The position numbers and the translations under genes were made by a program. A DNA stretch of 64,000 nucleotides from the NCBI GenBank assembly GCA_004431415.1, contig QPMI01000648.1:62001-126000 (forward strand), in the 5' to 3' direction. Shown here in pieces: positions 12,420 to 23,500 of this stretch (position 1 is the stretch's first letter; every line of letters begins with the position of its first letter). The stretch comes from Cyanophora paradoxa CCMP329. Its lineage: Eukaryota; Plantae; Glaucophyta. The notes beneath the pieces were generated by a model. The model was given only the letters and a program-made list of their open reading frames with translations, was not told the origin of the DNA and searched no databases.

Positions 12420-15400
12420 ATCCAGGACGAACGGAGTCGGATGAGACGCGCTTCGGTGTCCCCTGGCGACCGCTGCCCGCGGCCGTGCACGGATATTATG
12501 GAAATATTAAATTGGGACGTCGAAAACCGAGGCGTCGCATTGCGCATGCGGGCGCCATGTAATTGAACTGACCTTCAAAATAGTGCCGATGAGCTTGCGG
12601 GCGTTTTCCCATTTCGACTGTTGGATTAATTTGAGCGCCGTTTCCTGGACGAGCCTCGGAGCGTGAGTGACGTCGACAATATCAAACAATTGCAAACTTC
12701 GCAGAGGGCAATAGAGTATGATGATGATGAAATCAGTAAAACTCACTCTATCCTGGGTGTCGCGCTTGGCGCGCTCGGCGCGCTCGCTTTCTTGCCGTGC
12801 TCGCTCGCGCTCCGCCATCGCCCGCTTGCGATCCTCTAGCGCCCGCAATCGCAGTTCCACTTTGCTCGAGACGCGGCCCTTGGATGTCGATTGCGCATGC
12901 AGCACGCGTGACTGGACTTCTAGATCTTCTTCGCTGCTCTTTGCTTGCTTGAATATGCGCATGTAATGCACCGTCGACGTTAGTTAATATAACAGATATT
13001 ACGGGGGCTGAAATTTGTAATCATAATTGCACATGTTACCTTCATCCAGAAGTCAATCGTTTTATTCGTGCTGAAGACATCTGTCAGACTTCTGATGCTT
13101 CTTCCGGTCAGCATCGCAAAATCCACCATTTTCTAACCCGAAGCCAACGAATTTGCAAGAACAGTCAGAGTGGCATCGAAGGTTAATCAATTTGATAACG
13201 GTACTTGTATTTAGTTACAAGCATCTTGCCTGGCAATAGAGCGCATGAAGAGCGGCGTCGAGCTTCTTCTCTTTCGCCCTTTTCCTGACCAGAAGACAAT
13301 CAAGCTTCACCAGCGTGTCCTCAGTCTTCTCGTGGGCACGCCCACGAGTGGCCTCTCGCGATGATAGCGCGCGCTGCGGCCATGGGCAGGCTGCTGATCA
13401 AAGCGAGCCGAAGCTTTTAAGCTACCCGCGAAATCGTACCAGCAAGAACGAAGCGGCCTCGTCGTAGCGATCCGCGGCCAAGTAAAGCGTTCCGAGCGCG
13501 TGGAAGATGTCCCCGAGTTCGCGTTCGCGTTCGGGCGCTTTGTCGGAGAAACTTTTCTCGATCTCGGGGATCGCGCGCTGCGCACATGCGCATGCGTGAT
13601 CATGCATATGATCATGATGTCAACCCTAACCGAGCCGAGATCGCCGCCCAGTGCCAGCGTACCTTCAAATACGATTCGGCTCTCTCGAGGTCCAGCTCCA
13701 AGTTGACGAGCAGCACGCCAAATTGGACGAGCGCGGATCCGAGGAAATTCCGCTTTCGGCAAGCTTTGCATGCTCGCTCTGCCATCTCTAAGATCATCTG
13801 CAGACGTTGTGGAGAAATATAAATATGCATGACCGTAGCCGAATATAATTTCGGCTCTGATAAAACATTTGAGCTCTAGAACGTTAAACCAGGTAACGTT
13901 CGTGATTACATAAAATTGCACGTGCCTGCGATGCCTCCTTCATTTCGCGGATGCGCCCCGCTTTGTAAAAGAAGTACGCTAGATCAAACGCTCGCATGTG
14001 ATCCACTCGGCATCCGCAGCATTGATCCGAATTCCGAAGGGAGAGATCGCCCGCGCCGCGGTGGCTCTTGAACGCCGCCTGAACATGCACATGATCATGA
14101 GTACTAGTATATATATAAACGTATCGGACGTCAATATATATCAGCCTCGACGGGGCGGGGACATCCGCACCTGGAGGTACATCCACGCCTCGTCTCGCTC
14201 CTCCCGGACCATGCACACGTATGCAAGGTTCCAAAGCACCTCGGCCACGCAGTCATGGCTCTCCGGAAAGCCCGCGACCCGCCTCAGGTACCCTAGCGTC
14301 GCCTGCGCACGCAATATGAAATATCAAATAAAATTTAGAGCGATATTTACATCGATAACGCAGTACGAAATTAGGCACAAGAAGGATGTCTTTGTCATCA
14401 TATGAAGCGTATGCTTTGGTGCGGTCGTGAAAGACCACGCCAAAATAATCACGTGCAACGAGCGAGACAAGTTGCGCAAGGCCGGCGCCTGCGAGCTCAA
14501 ACCTCCGATTCTCGTCCATGAGGCGGGGCGCGAGAAAGCGCTGCAGAGGCAAATAAAAGTGAAATCTTAAAATAAGCTGCAACCAGATACATGTACAATC
14601 AAAGTTGAAAAAGAGATAAGGAAGACCTTGCAGAGTTCGGTGGCCTCGGAGTGCTTCCCGAATCGGAAGAAAAGGTGCGCGAGCGGCAGGACGTACGTGA
14701 CCGACGTCAGACCATCCTCGCCCCGCTGGGCGATGCATTCATCCAGCTCTCTCTGCAACGGTAATTATAACCGTGCATCCGCACGCGTCATGGTCAGTCG
14801 TATTATCCGCGGCTGCTTCGAATTCTTGAAAAATGCATATTCGATTCGGTCCCGCGCTTCGCTCTATATTGATTCGCTCTATATATATGATTGTAATGCA
14901 TATAAATATTAATGCACTGCGGCAGGATCCAGATCTAGAGTTGGCTTATCCATGCATGTAAATGGAGCGGACCCGCCACTGCAGAGCGCAGGCCTCGAAG
15001 TCGTTCGGATTGCAGTTGGGAAGATTCAGTGCTATGCTCCCCAGGTGAAAGTGGAATTGCGGGCAGAATCGAGCCCACGCCCCTCCGTCCGGCGAGCGCG
15101 CCTCCTCGCACTGGCTGCAGGGGCACTTGAATTCGCACCTCCACGACCGAGGCGCTCCCCTGTCGATCGCGAGCGCAAGAGGTCAACTTCACTGCAAAAC
15201 CCGAAACTCCGCCAATAGAAAAGGAAGAGCCGCTCGCACCGCTCGCACTCGGCGCAGCGGCAGAGACGCACACAGGAACAGCGGCAGCGGGGTTTGGCCG
15301 AGTCCTGGTGCTTATCGTCGTCATTCTTGAGCGCCTGCAGTTGATCTAGATCTCTCTTGATTCTAGATCTAGACCTGCTGTCTTCGTATTCCAACAAGTC

Positions 15401-16153
15401 GTCGCGATCATCCTCGTCGGGGTTCGAATTCTCATCTGCTTCGAATTCATGATATCGATCACCGGCGGCAGCGTCGACCTCCGCTCGCTGCGAATCGCAG
15501 AGAAATCACCGGACTGGATAGGAATATGTAGTTAACGTTGTACCGGTGGATTAGATGAGCGTTATTTGTGCTTCGAGCGTTAAAGGATGATTAGCGCCTG
15601 CAGCTGGATTTACCTTGCCAGGCTGGATGATCATGACCCGCCAGCTAATTATAAGCACTGAAATTAAACACGTGCACAGTTATATCTAGGTCGAAATCTA
15701 AGTTTATTGTGTCAATTCAAGGCTTTGATGGCTATTAATATTTATTCTCAGAATCAGCGGAAATAAAATTAAATGGCATCGAACCTCGCGTTCATGAGCA
15801 TGATATCGATCGTGATCAGCGTCGCCGTCGCCTCCAGCGCCCCCACATGCGCCCCCGCCCCCGCCCGCCCCTCCGGGGGGTGAATCCGGATCCGGACCCG
15901 GAGCCGGCGCCGGAGGAACCGTTGCATTCGTGTACCCGGAGCCCGATTGTACATGTGAGCTCGAGCTCGCCAGATTCGGAGCCGATACATGCGTCGACGT
16001 CGGAGAAGGGTGGAGAAGCGCTGCGAACAACGCATCGAGCTTTGCCCGGCTTTCATCCAGGTTGACAGGGATTTTCACGACGTTGACAGGAATTTTCACG
16101 AGTCCAATGGGGCGCCGGCCTGCGGCCGCCGCGTCTGCTGGCAAGTTGATCAT
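12420..16153 (-). CDS. Multi-exon TPR-like alpha-helical repeat protein (boundaries approximate)
   Basis: Exon peptides LAHLFFRFGKHSEATELCK, AEVLWNLAYVCMVREERDEAWMYLQ, FDLAYFFYKAGRIREMKEA, LGDIFHALGTLYLAADRYDEAASFL and RSPGDTEARLIR match the TPR pattern. Introns here are AT-rich. Confidence 0.55.
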
Positions 16154-16507
16154 GAGCTAGCGCTGCAGCTGCGACCGCGACACGTCGAAGACCTAGGCCT
16201 GCGGCGAACAATTATTAGAACTGCAGCTGCAGCGACCATTTCTCATCAGCGACCAGACTCTGAGAGATCTATATGGCTAGAGATTATAAATTAAATTAGC
16301 TATAGCCCAGCTGGGCCCAACACGATCGCGTCTAGATCTAGCTATAGGTCTTTGATGATCGCTAACAGTTGCGCGCGCGCAGGCTCGGCCGCGGGCCCCG
16401 CTGCCGCAGTCCGGATCCCGCCCGGCCGCGGCCGTGGCCGGCCTGGCCATGGGCCGGGCTGATGTCGACGTCCCGGGCTAAGCTCGAGCTGCAGCCGAGA
16501 TCTAGAT

Positions 16508-16535
16508 TCTAGACCCGCCGCGCGGCGGGTCTAGA
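16508..16535. repeat. Perfect 28-bp palindrome TCTAGACCCGCCGCGCGGCGGGTCTAGA in a palindrome-rich intergenic region
   Basis: The sequence equals its own reverse complement. Confidence 0.9.
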
Positions 16536-17389
16536 TCTCGGAGCTCGCGATCGTCCGATTGCAAGCGCGGCGCGCGCGGGAGGCGACTTCAGCGTAAGCT
16601 TGCAGTTGCGCACCTCGCGAAGCTTAAGCTCGCTCATGTCGAAATCATGATCGATATCAGGCTATAGCTAGGACGTCGAACAGTGCATCAGAAGGGCAAT
16701 GTCGCCTGCAGCCGCGCTGGCGCGTCTAGTTCTCCGATAGATTTCGGAGTCGGATATCGATCGGAGCCGCGGCCGCAGCTGGGGCCGGCGCCGTACGCGT
16801 GCGGCCGCGGAGCTCGACTCGAGGGGAATCGAGGAGGCGAGTGCTCGTCGGCCTTGGAGCACGCCACTGGTTCCAAGTCAACAAAGGAGGCCAAGGATCG
16901 CCGCTGATCACTCCCTCTGCTCTGCTGGCGTCGCAACTGCCGCAACTGCCAAAACCTCTAGACCTCAATCTGAGGCGGCGCGGTTGCGCACAGCTGACGG
17001 AGATCTGCAGCTGTACCGCCCGTGATGTGATCGAAGGCCGGATCGGACCGCTGCTGCCGCGAGGTGCGCGGATATCGATCGGCCGCAGCACTCGCGCAAC
17101 ATGTACCCCGGCGCCGGTCCAGGCCAGGATCGACCAGCTGCAGGCCCCAGACCCCATGGCCATGGCCAGCTTAGTGCTCTGGGACTGCGGTCGACGCCGG
17201 CGAGCTCGTGCCTCGGAGGGGCCGAAGGGTCCCGGGGCCGGAGGCGGGCGTGCATGCGCGTGCGAGGGCGATCTAGATCTCGCAAAAGCTTAAGCTTAAT
17301 TATAAGCGCTTTACAGCTAGCTTCGGCCGCCGGGGCCAACGCCGCGCGTGCGGCAGCTGCAAGGCCTAGGCCCAGCGCTACAGCTACAG

Positions 17390-19880
17390 CTAGTGCTTGA
17401 GCTGCAAGGCGCGGCTCTTGCGCTTGGGGAAGCGCCACGGCTCCTGCGCACGCGCGCGCGGCCCTCAGATCAGATCAGGTCAGATCAGAGCGAGCTGTGG
17501 GCGGGCGCTCGCCTCGTCCTCGGGGTCCAGGTAGATGGTCACGCTGCGGCCCAGCCTGCAGGCGCGACAACGTCAGCGGCGGGGCGGGGCGGGGCGGGGC
17601 GGAGGCCCCGGGCAGGGCCTTAAGATCTAGATGGTTCTTGCGCCGGGGCGAGGGGCAAGGGGCGAGGGGCGCTAGGCGGGCCGAGAGGCGGGCCGAGAGG
17701 TTCGGGGCTAGTGAGATGCCAAGGTTTTCAGTGAGGCGGGTTCGGCGAGGTCCTTCTTATGGTGCTCAAGGCCAGTGGTGGGCCCGGGCGGGGCCGACCG
17801 GGGCGAGAGGGGGCCGGGCGGGCAAGCCGTGAAGGCCCCGGGCCCGTGCACCCGGACCCGGCCCATGGCCCGGGGCGCGGGCGGGGAGGAGGGCGGGGCG
17901 GGCCGCACCTGTGGAGCTCCTCGAGGTCCCGCTCGTTCAGCTTCAGCTCCACCGCCGCTGCGGCGAGGGTGGGTGGTGGGGGGAGCGGGGGGGTAGAGGG
18001 GCGGGGTCCTCGCACCCGCGTTCTCGGTGACGTGGCGCGCGTTCGCCGAGCCGAAGACGGCGCGCGGCGGCTGGGGGCGGCTTAGTTGAGGCGACCGAAG
18101 CGGGAGCGCGGGGGGGGGGGGGGTGAGGGGGCGGGGGGGGAGGGGGGGTTCGCGCTCACGTGAGGCAGGGTGGAGTCGCGCTGGTGCAGGAGCCACGCCA
18201 GCGCGAGCTGGACGGGGGGTACGGAGTCGGGCGACCGAAAAAGGCGGGAGGGGGGTACAGCGGGACGCGGCGGACCTGGGCGATCGAGACCCCCATGTCG
18301 CCCGCCATCTCCTGGAGCCTGCGGGGTACGGGAATTGGAAGGGGAGGGGCGCGGGGCCGGGGGGGTATCGCGCACTGCGGGAGGGCTTTCTGGGCGCGCT
18401 CCCAGCTCTCCCTCTGCGGCGCCGGCGCGCGTCGGCGCCAGGGGGCGAAGAGGGGTACCCCCCCGCGGGGCGGGCTTCGTTCGCGCACGTGGCGGAAGAG
18501 CTTGTTCCACTGGCGGATGTCGGGGTCCGTCGGCTCGTACTGGAACTCAGGGTCCCGGAACTCCTGCGCCGGGATTCGAACGCGGGCCGATCCGGGGCTC
18601 GATTACTCCGGCCGGGGGCGCACCCCGGCGAGGAGGCCCTGGGCGAGGGGGGAGAACTGGACGGTGGGTATGCCGTGCTGCCGCACGAAGGGGAGCTGCC
18701 GCGGGCCGTCGGAAAAAGGGATGCGCGCGGATTCGAGCCCGCGCACGAGGAAGGTCTCGGCGGAGCGCCAGAAGAGCGAGCGGGGTACGTAGAGGGCGTC
18801 GAGGGAGGTCCAGGATTGGGCGAGGGTCAGGTCGTTCAGGTCGTAGTTCGCCAGACCGATACCCCGGGCCAGGCCCCGGTCCCTGGGGGGTACGCGCGGC
18901 TCAGCGACGCGAGAAAGGGCCGGACTTTTCCGTACCCCCTCACCTGAGCGACGCGAGGGCCTCCAGGGAGTCGCAGAGGGGCACTTCCTCGCTGCCGAAG
19001 CTGCCCGCCGGCGTCTGGATCTGCGACACGGCGCGGGCTCATTTCCGAGAAGCGAAGAGGGCAGGAGGGGAAAGGGGCTGGGTACATAGTAGAGGTGGAC
19101 GTGGTCCGTGTCTAGGTTCGCGGGGAGCGCTCGCACGCGCGGACGATCTCTTTCGGACTGCGGTGCGGCGCGGGGCGGAGGTGAGGAAAGAAGAGCACGC
19201 CCCGCAGGCGGTCGGCGGGGGCCCGGGCGGCGGGCGGCGGGCCTGAGGTTCTTGCAGAAGACGCTCGTGGCGAGGAAGTAGCGGTCCCTGTGGATCCCGC
19301 GCAGAGACTCGGCCAGGAGGCGCTCGCTGCGGGCGCAGAGTGAGCGGCGGGCAGGGTAGGAGTGGCGCGCGGGGCGCGCCTGTGGCCGTCGCCGTAGACC
19401 TCGCACGTGTCGAAGGCGTTCACGTTCGCTGCGGGGCGGGCGCGGCGCGTACGGGTCAGCCGCTAGACGCATCATGGAAGCGCTGTGCGCGGCGGGCGGT
19501 CGGGGCGGCCCGCACCGTGCATGGCCGCCTTGATCGCTTGCCTGGAGTCGTCGTCCTCGACCGGGCTGCCCCAGCTGCGCTTGCCCATCTTCCAGCAGCC
19601 GAGCCAGAGCGCTGGCACATCTAATCCATTCGCGCCGAAGGCCGCGCGCCCGTCCGCGGTAGCTTCGACCGTCGGTTCCGACGACTGGCCTGTCAGAAGC
19701 TTCGACTGGTCGTCCGCGGGCTGCTCGGCGGACGCAAAGGCCTCGAAGCCGATGCACCGACGCAGTGCAGCATCGTGTGCAGGGCCGGCCGCATCCCGCA
19801 GCTGTCTCTCCGAGGCCCGCTTCGACCTGGCGGGCGGTTGGCCGCGGCCGCGGTAGGCGCGCGCGGGGCGGGGCGGCCAT
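17390..19880 (-). pseudogene. Aldo-keto reductase paralog, copy 1 (frameshifted, divergent 5' end)
   Basis: Exon-by-exon homolog of 23501-25998. A 1-nt deletion near 19121-19125 turns RSLANLDTD into RSPRT*. The sequence upstream of about 19815 does not match copy 2's transit-like leader. The frameshift could be an assembly indel. Confidence 0.65.
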
Positions 19881-20465
19881 GGCGGAGGGGAAAGGCGGGC
19901 GTTTGCAGGCCGAGGGCGACGCGCGAGGACCGGATCTCGGAAGCGCAGATTTGAGCCTCAGAAAGTCGAGGGTGAGCCTCAGCGGTGCAGCTCGAGAAGA
20001 TGCGCCATTAGCCGCCACGCGAGCCGCATGCGCGGTCAGAGACCTGAGCTCGAGCACCACGCGAGCCGCATGCGATGATGACGAAGGCACTGGCAGCTGG
20101 CAGCTGGCAGCTGGCAGCTGGCAGCTGCGGCTGGAGGGGTACCGGTACGGGCGACACCGAGCGCTGGAATCACGGCCGAGCGTGTACGAGTGCCGAGATC
20201 CCATTGAAGGTACCGCCCGAGACCTGTGATCGACGCATGCAGACGCCGACGCCCGACGCCCTTGACACCCTGCGATTGCCCGAGCACAGATCAGCGCTGG
20301 CAACGAGCTCGAGTACTGAAATCACTCCCAAAACGAGTTCACAAAGCAGAAGGCAGGTGCCGAGACTGCCGGCCGCGGGGGCGCGCCGCAAATTCAAATG
20401 TCAAGATCTAGATCTGCATATGCTGACGCCGACGGATGCCGTAGATTTTCGTGGAGCCTTCGGCA

Positions 20466-20569
20466 ATGTCGGGAATACGTGCGGAGAAACGCGCGCGCTT
20501 CGACGTCGACGATCTCGACGTCAAAGATCCATGGCCACCTTCCGGTAACAGCGCAGCAGCAGCAGCAGC

Positions 20570-20610
<41 letters not shown>

Positions 20611-23155
20611 TGCAAGCAACAGCGCATACAGCGGCGCCTGCAGGAGACCGAGAAGTATCACTTGCAGCTGCGGGCGCGTTCGACACTTTGCCGGACGCGG
20701 TAATGGGCTCCATTTTCAAGACGCTGGGGCCGGAGGCGAGCTGGCGCCTGCGCGCCGTGTGCAGGCACGCATGCGCCGCATTGCCAGCGGCCGCGGCGCA
20801 TGCATATGCATGCGCAGCTGCCGCCGCGACGCTAACGATGCGGAGGATCGCAGGCGCTGGCGGCGGGTAGTCCAGGAGACGGAGTGGGCCAGTGTCGAGC
20901 TGCGCATGAAGGGCGGGCAAGCCGACGAGTACAGCTGGAGGACTGCGAGCGGCCGGCAGACCAAGCGGCGCAAGGACCCCGCAAGCGGCATGAAGCCGAT
21001 CAGTTCTTATTTTCAGCTGAGCAAGCCCAAATCCAGCTGCAGCAGCAGCAGCAGCAGCTCGGAGCCGCGGTTTGATCGACCCCTCAGCGCCGAACTCGCT
21101 TACGTCGCCGTGTCAGCGCTCTTCAAGCAGAAGAAGCTTCAGCTCGGCGCCGGCGGCAGCTTCTCGCTCAGGGCCGAGCTGCCTCTAGGCGTAGCTTGGA
21201 AGCAAGGCCGCGATGCAGATGAAATCCAGCAGTGCCGCAAGCTTGCAGTCGGCGCGGCGTGCAAGCTGCTCAGCCACTGCGTCCCCGCGCAGCCGCGGGA
21301 GGTCAGCATCGAGTTTCTCGGAGGCGGGGTCCCTGTGAAGGATCCGGAGTACGAGGAGATGGCGCAAAGCCTAGACCTGGCGAAGCGACCTCGAGACGAC
21401 GCTGAAGTCTGCAGCTTGAGCTTGAACATCATTCGCGAGTCCTCGCTCGGAGTGCTGGGGGCGCTGCGGCCGCCGGGGGGGGCGGCCAGCGCTCTGGAGC
21501 GCCTCAGCATCGGCATTACCGGCTGGCAGGTCTACGAGCAGTTCAGCTCCAGCTGGTCGCTCGACCCGCGATCGGTGCCGTGGCCAGAACCTGCTGAGCT
21601 GCGGGCCGCCCTCGCTCCCTTCCAGCGTCTCCAGTTCCTCACGCTGACCTTCCCGTGGGCCATCGGCATCGGCCCAGAGGTCGCAGTGGCCATCGTTTCC
21701 GGCTGCCCCCTCCTTCGCTCCGCCAACGTCCAGGTGAGCAAGGAGTCGTCGGCGGCAGCTGTGGCAGCTTTCGCGCCCCTGGCGCAACTGGAGGAGCTCG
21801 CCGTGCGATGCGCGACCTTCAGGGACGTCGCCAGCGGCCTCGAGGCGCTGGCTGGCGGCGCCGCGGGCAAGAGCCTCAAAAGCATCGCGTTCATGAACGT
21901 TTTTGATCATGAGCTGTTCTCGTGCGTTTCTCGCTCTGCCAAGTTGTATTCTTTAAAATTTCGACTTTTCTTTCAACTTCTACGTATACGTACTGACGAA
22001 GAACGCGCCAAGGCGAATGCATCATCGCCCGGGCTTCAGCTTCGAGCTCTCTGACGCGGCTCTGCGCGCCATCGGCCGCATGCCGAAACTGGAGTGCTTT
22101 CAGCCCCTGAAGGTGCGCATGTGCATGCGCACTAGTCTTGCTCGTGATCATCACCCTAATCGCGCTGCTCGCGATCCTCTCTTGTCGCAGTTTTGCGACT
22201 ACTCGGACGGCGTCACACCTGCCGGCGTCCTCACCCTCGGGCGCGCCGCGAGCCTGCGGAAGGTCCAGGGGGCCTCCTGCCCCTCGGACTCCACGGAGCT
22301 CGTGCACGCCCTGGCGGGGGCCCTCTCCGACCTGCCCCGCCTGGAGAGCCTCGAACTCCAGCTGTACCCGAGCAGATCGCGCTCCCGTGAGCACGTGCAC
22401 GGCTCCCAGACGCACGCGTCCGGCGCTCACTGCTCGGCGCCGCGCAGGCGTCGACATCGCCGCTCTCGCCGCCTTGCTCAAGAGCGAGGGCGCGCGACGC
22501 GCCCTCGTGGACCTGGATCTCACCCTCTTCTGCGCCGCCCGCGAGGACTTGGCCCCGCTGCGCGGTCTCGCCCAGGCGCTCACGGGCCTGCCCCGTCTGC
22601 AGAGGCTCAAGCTGTGCTTGACAGGTGCACCGCGCATTCGCCGGGATCGATATCGCCGGGCACTGATCGCCGCGGCCGGGATTGCAGAACGCACCTATGA
22701 CGGCTCCGCCCACCCCGTCTCCCTCCTCCGAGGCGAAGACGTCGCGGCCGTTCTTTCGGGTGCCGGCGTGCGACGCGCCCTCGCGGACCTCGAGCTGCAC
22801 GTTGAGCGGCCACTGGAGGCGTCTGAGGTGCAGGCCATCGTTGCGCTGCCGGCCCTCCGGCGCCTGGACGTCCAAGCCAATTACCTCGCGATTCCGCCTC
22901 CCTACCTCCGCCGCCCCTTCGAGGTAGGTGCCCAGGCCTGCGGCCGGCGGCGACGTCGGCTCTACCGCCCCGGGGCTGGCCCTGACAGCCCTCCAGATCC
23001 TCCAGGGCCTCGGATCCGAGGTGGAGCTGCGGGTCGGCCTGCGGCTCGCCCCCGCCGCGCACTACAACTCCTCCCGCATGTACGAGGCCTGGCAGCGCTC
23101 CGTGGCGGCCGTCCAGAGCCTCTTCGCGGGGCGCCCCCATGCCTCCATCAACTGA
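20466..23155 (+). CDS. F-box protein with degenerate RNI-like leucine-rich repeats
   Basis: F-box FDTLPDAVMGSIFKTLGPEASWRLRAVC|RRWRRVVQETEW. LRR-like units include FQRLQFLTL, GCPLLRSANV, LAQLEELAV, LPRLESLELQL, LPRLQRLKL and LPALRRLDV. Stop at 23155. Confidence 0.8.
20553..20608 (+). repeat. GCA/CAG trinucleotide tract encoding polyAla-polyGln in the F-box N-terminus
   Basis: (GCA)n(CAG)n visible directly; reads AAAAAAQQQQQQQQQQQQ. Confidence 0.9.
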
Positions 23156-23500
23156 TCCCGGCACCGGTCACGTTGCCGCCTGCCCTTCTCCTTCAACACG
23201 AACCGGCCTGCTGTCCGTCTCATCTTTCTCCGCCCAGCTATAGCCTCCCTTAACCTCCCAACATTCTCGCGGTTGCTTCCTTCGCTCTTGCTCGTTTTTT
23301 TTTAACCTAGCCCCCATGATCATGCTGCGGCCTGCAGCACTAGTACTTCGAAATTCGATTTGCAGTGAATTCGATTTGCAGTGAGCGCGTCTCGGAATTC
23401 CAGCCTTACTGCGTGCATATGAGTCCGATGATAACACACATGTACAAAGCTAATAGCGAGGCCCGGGGTCCAGCGTTAACGTTGGCGCTGTCGCAATGCG

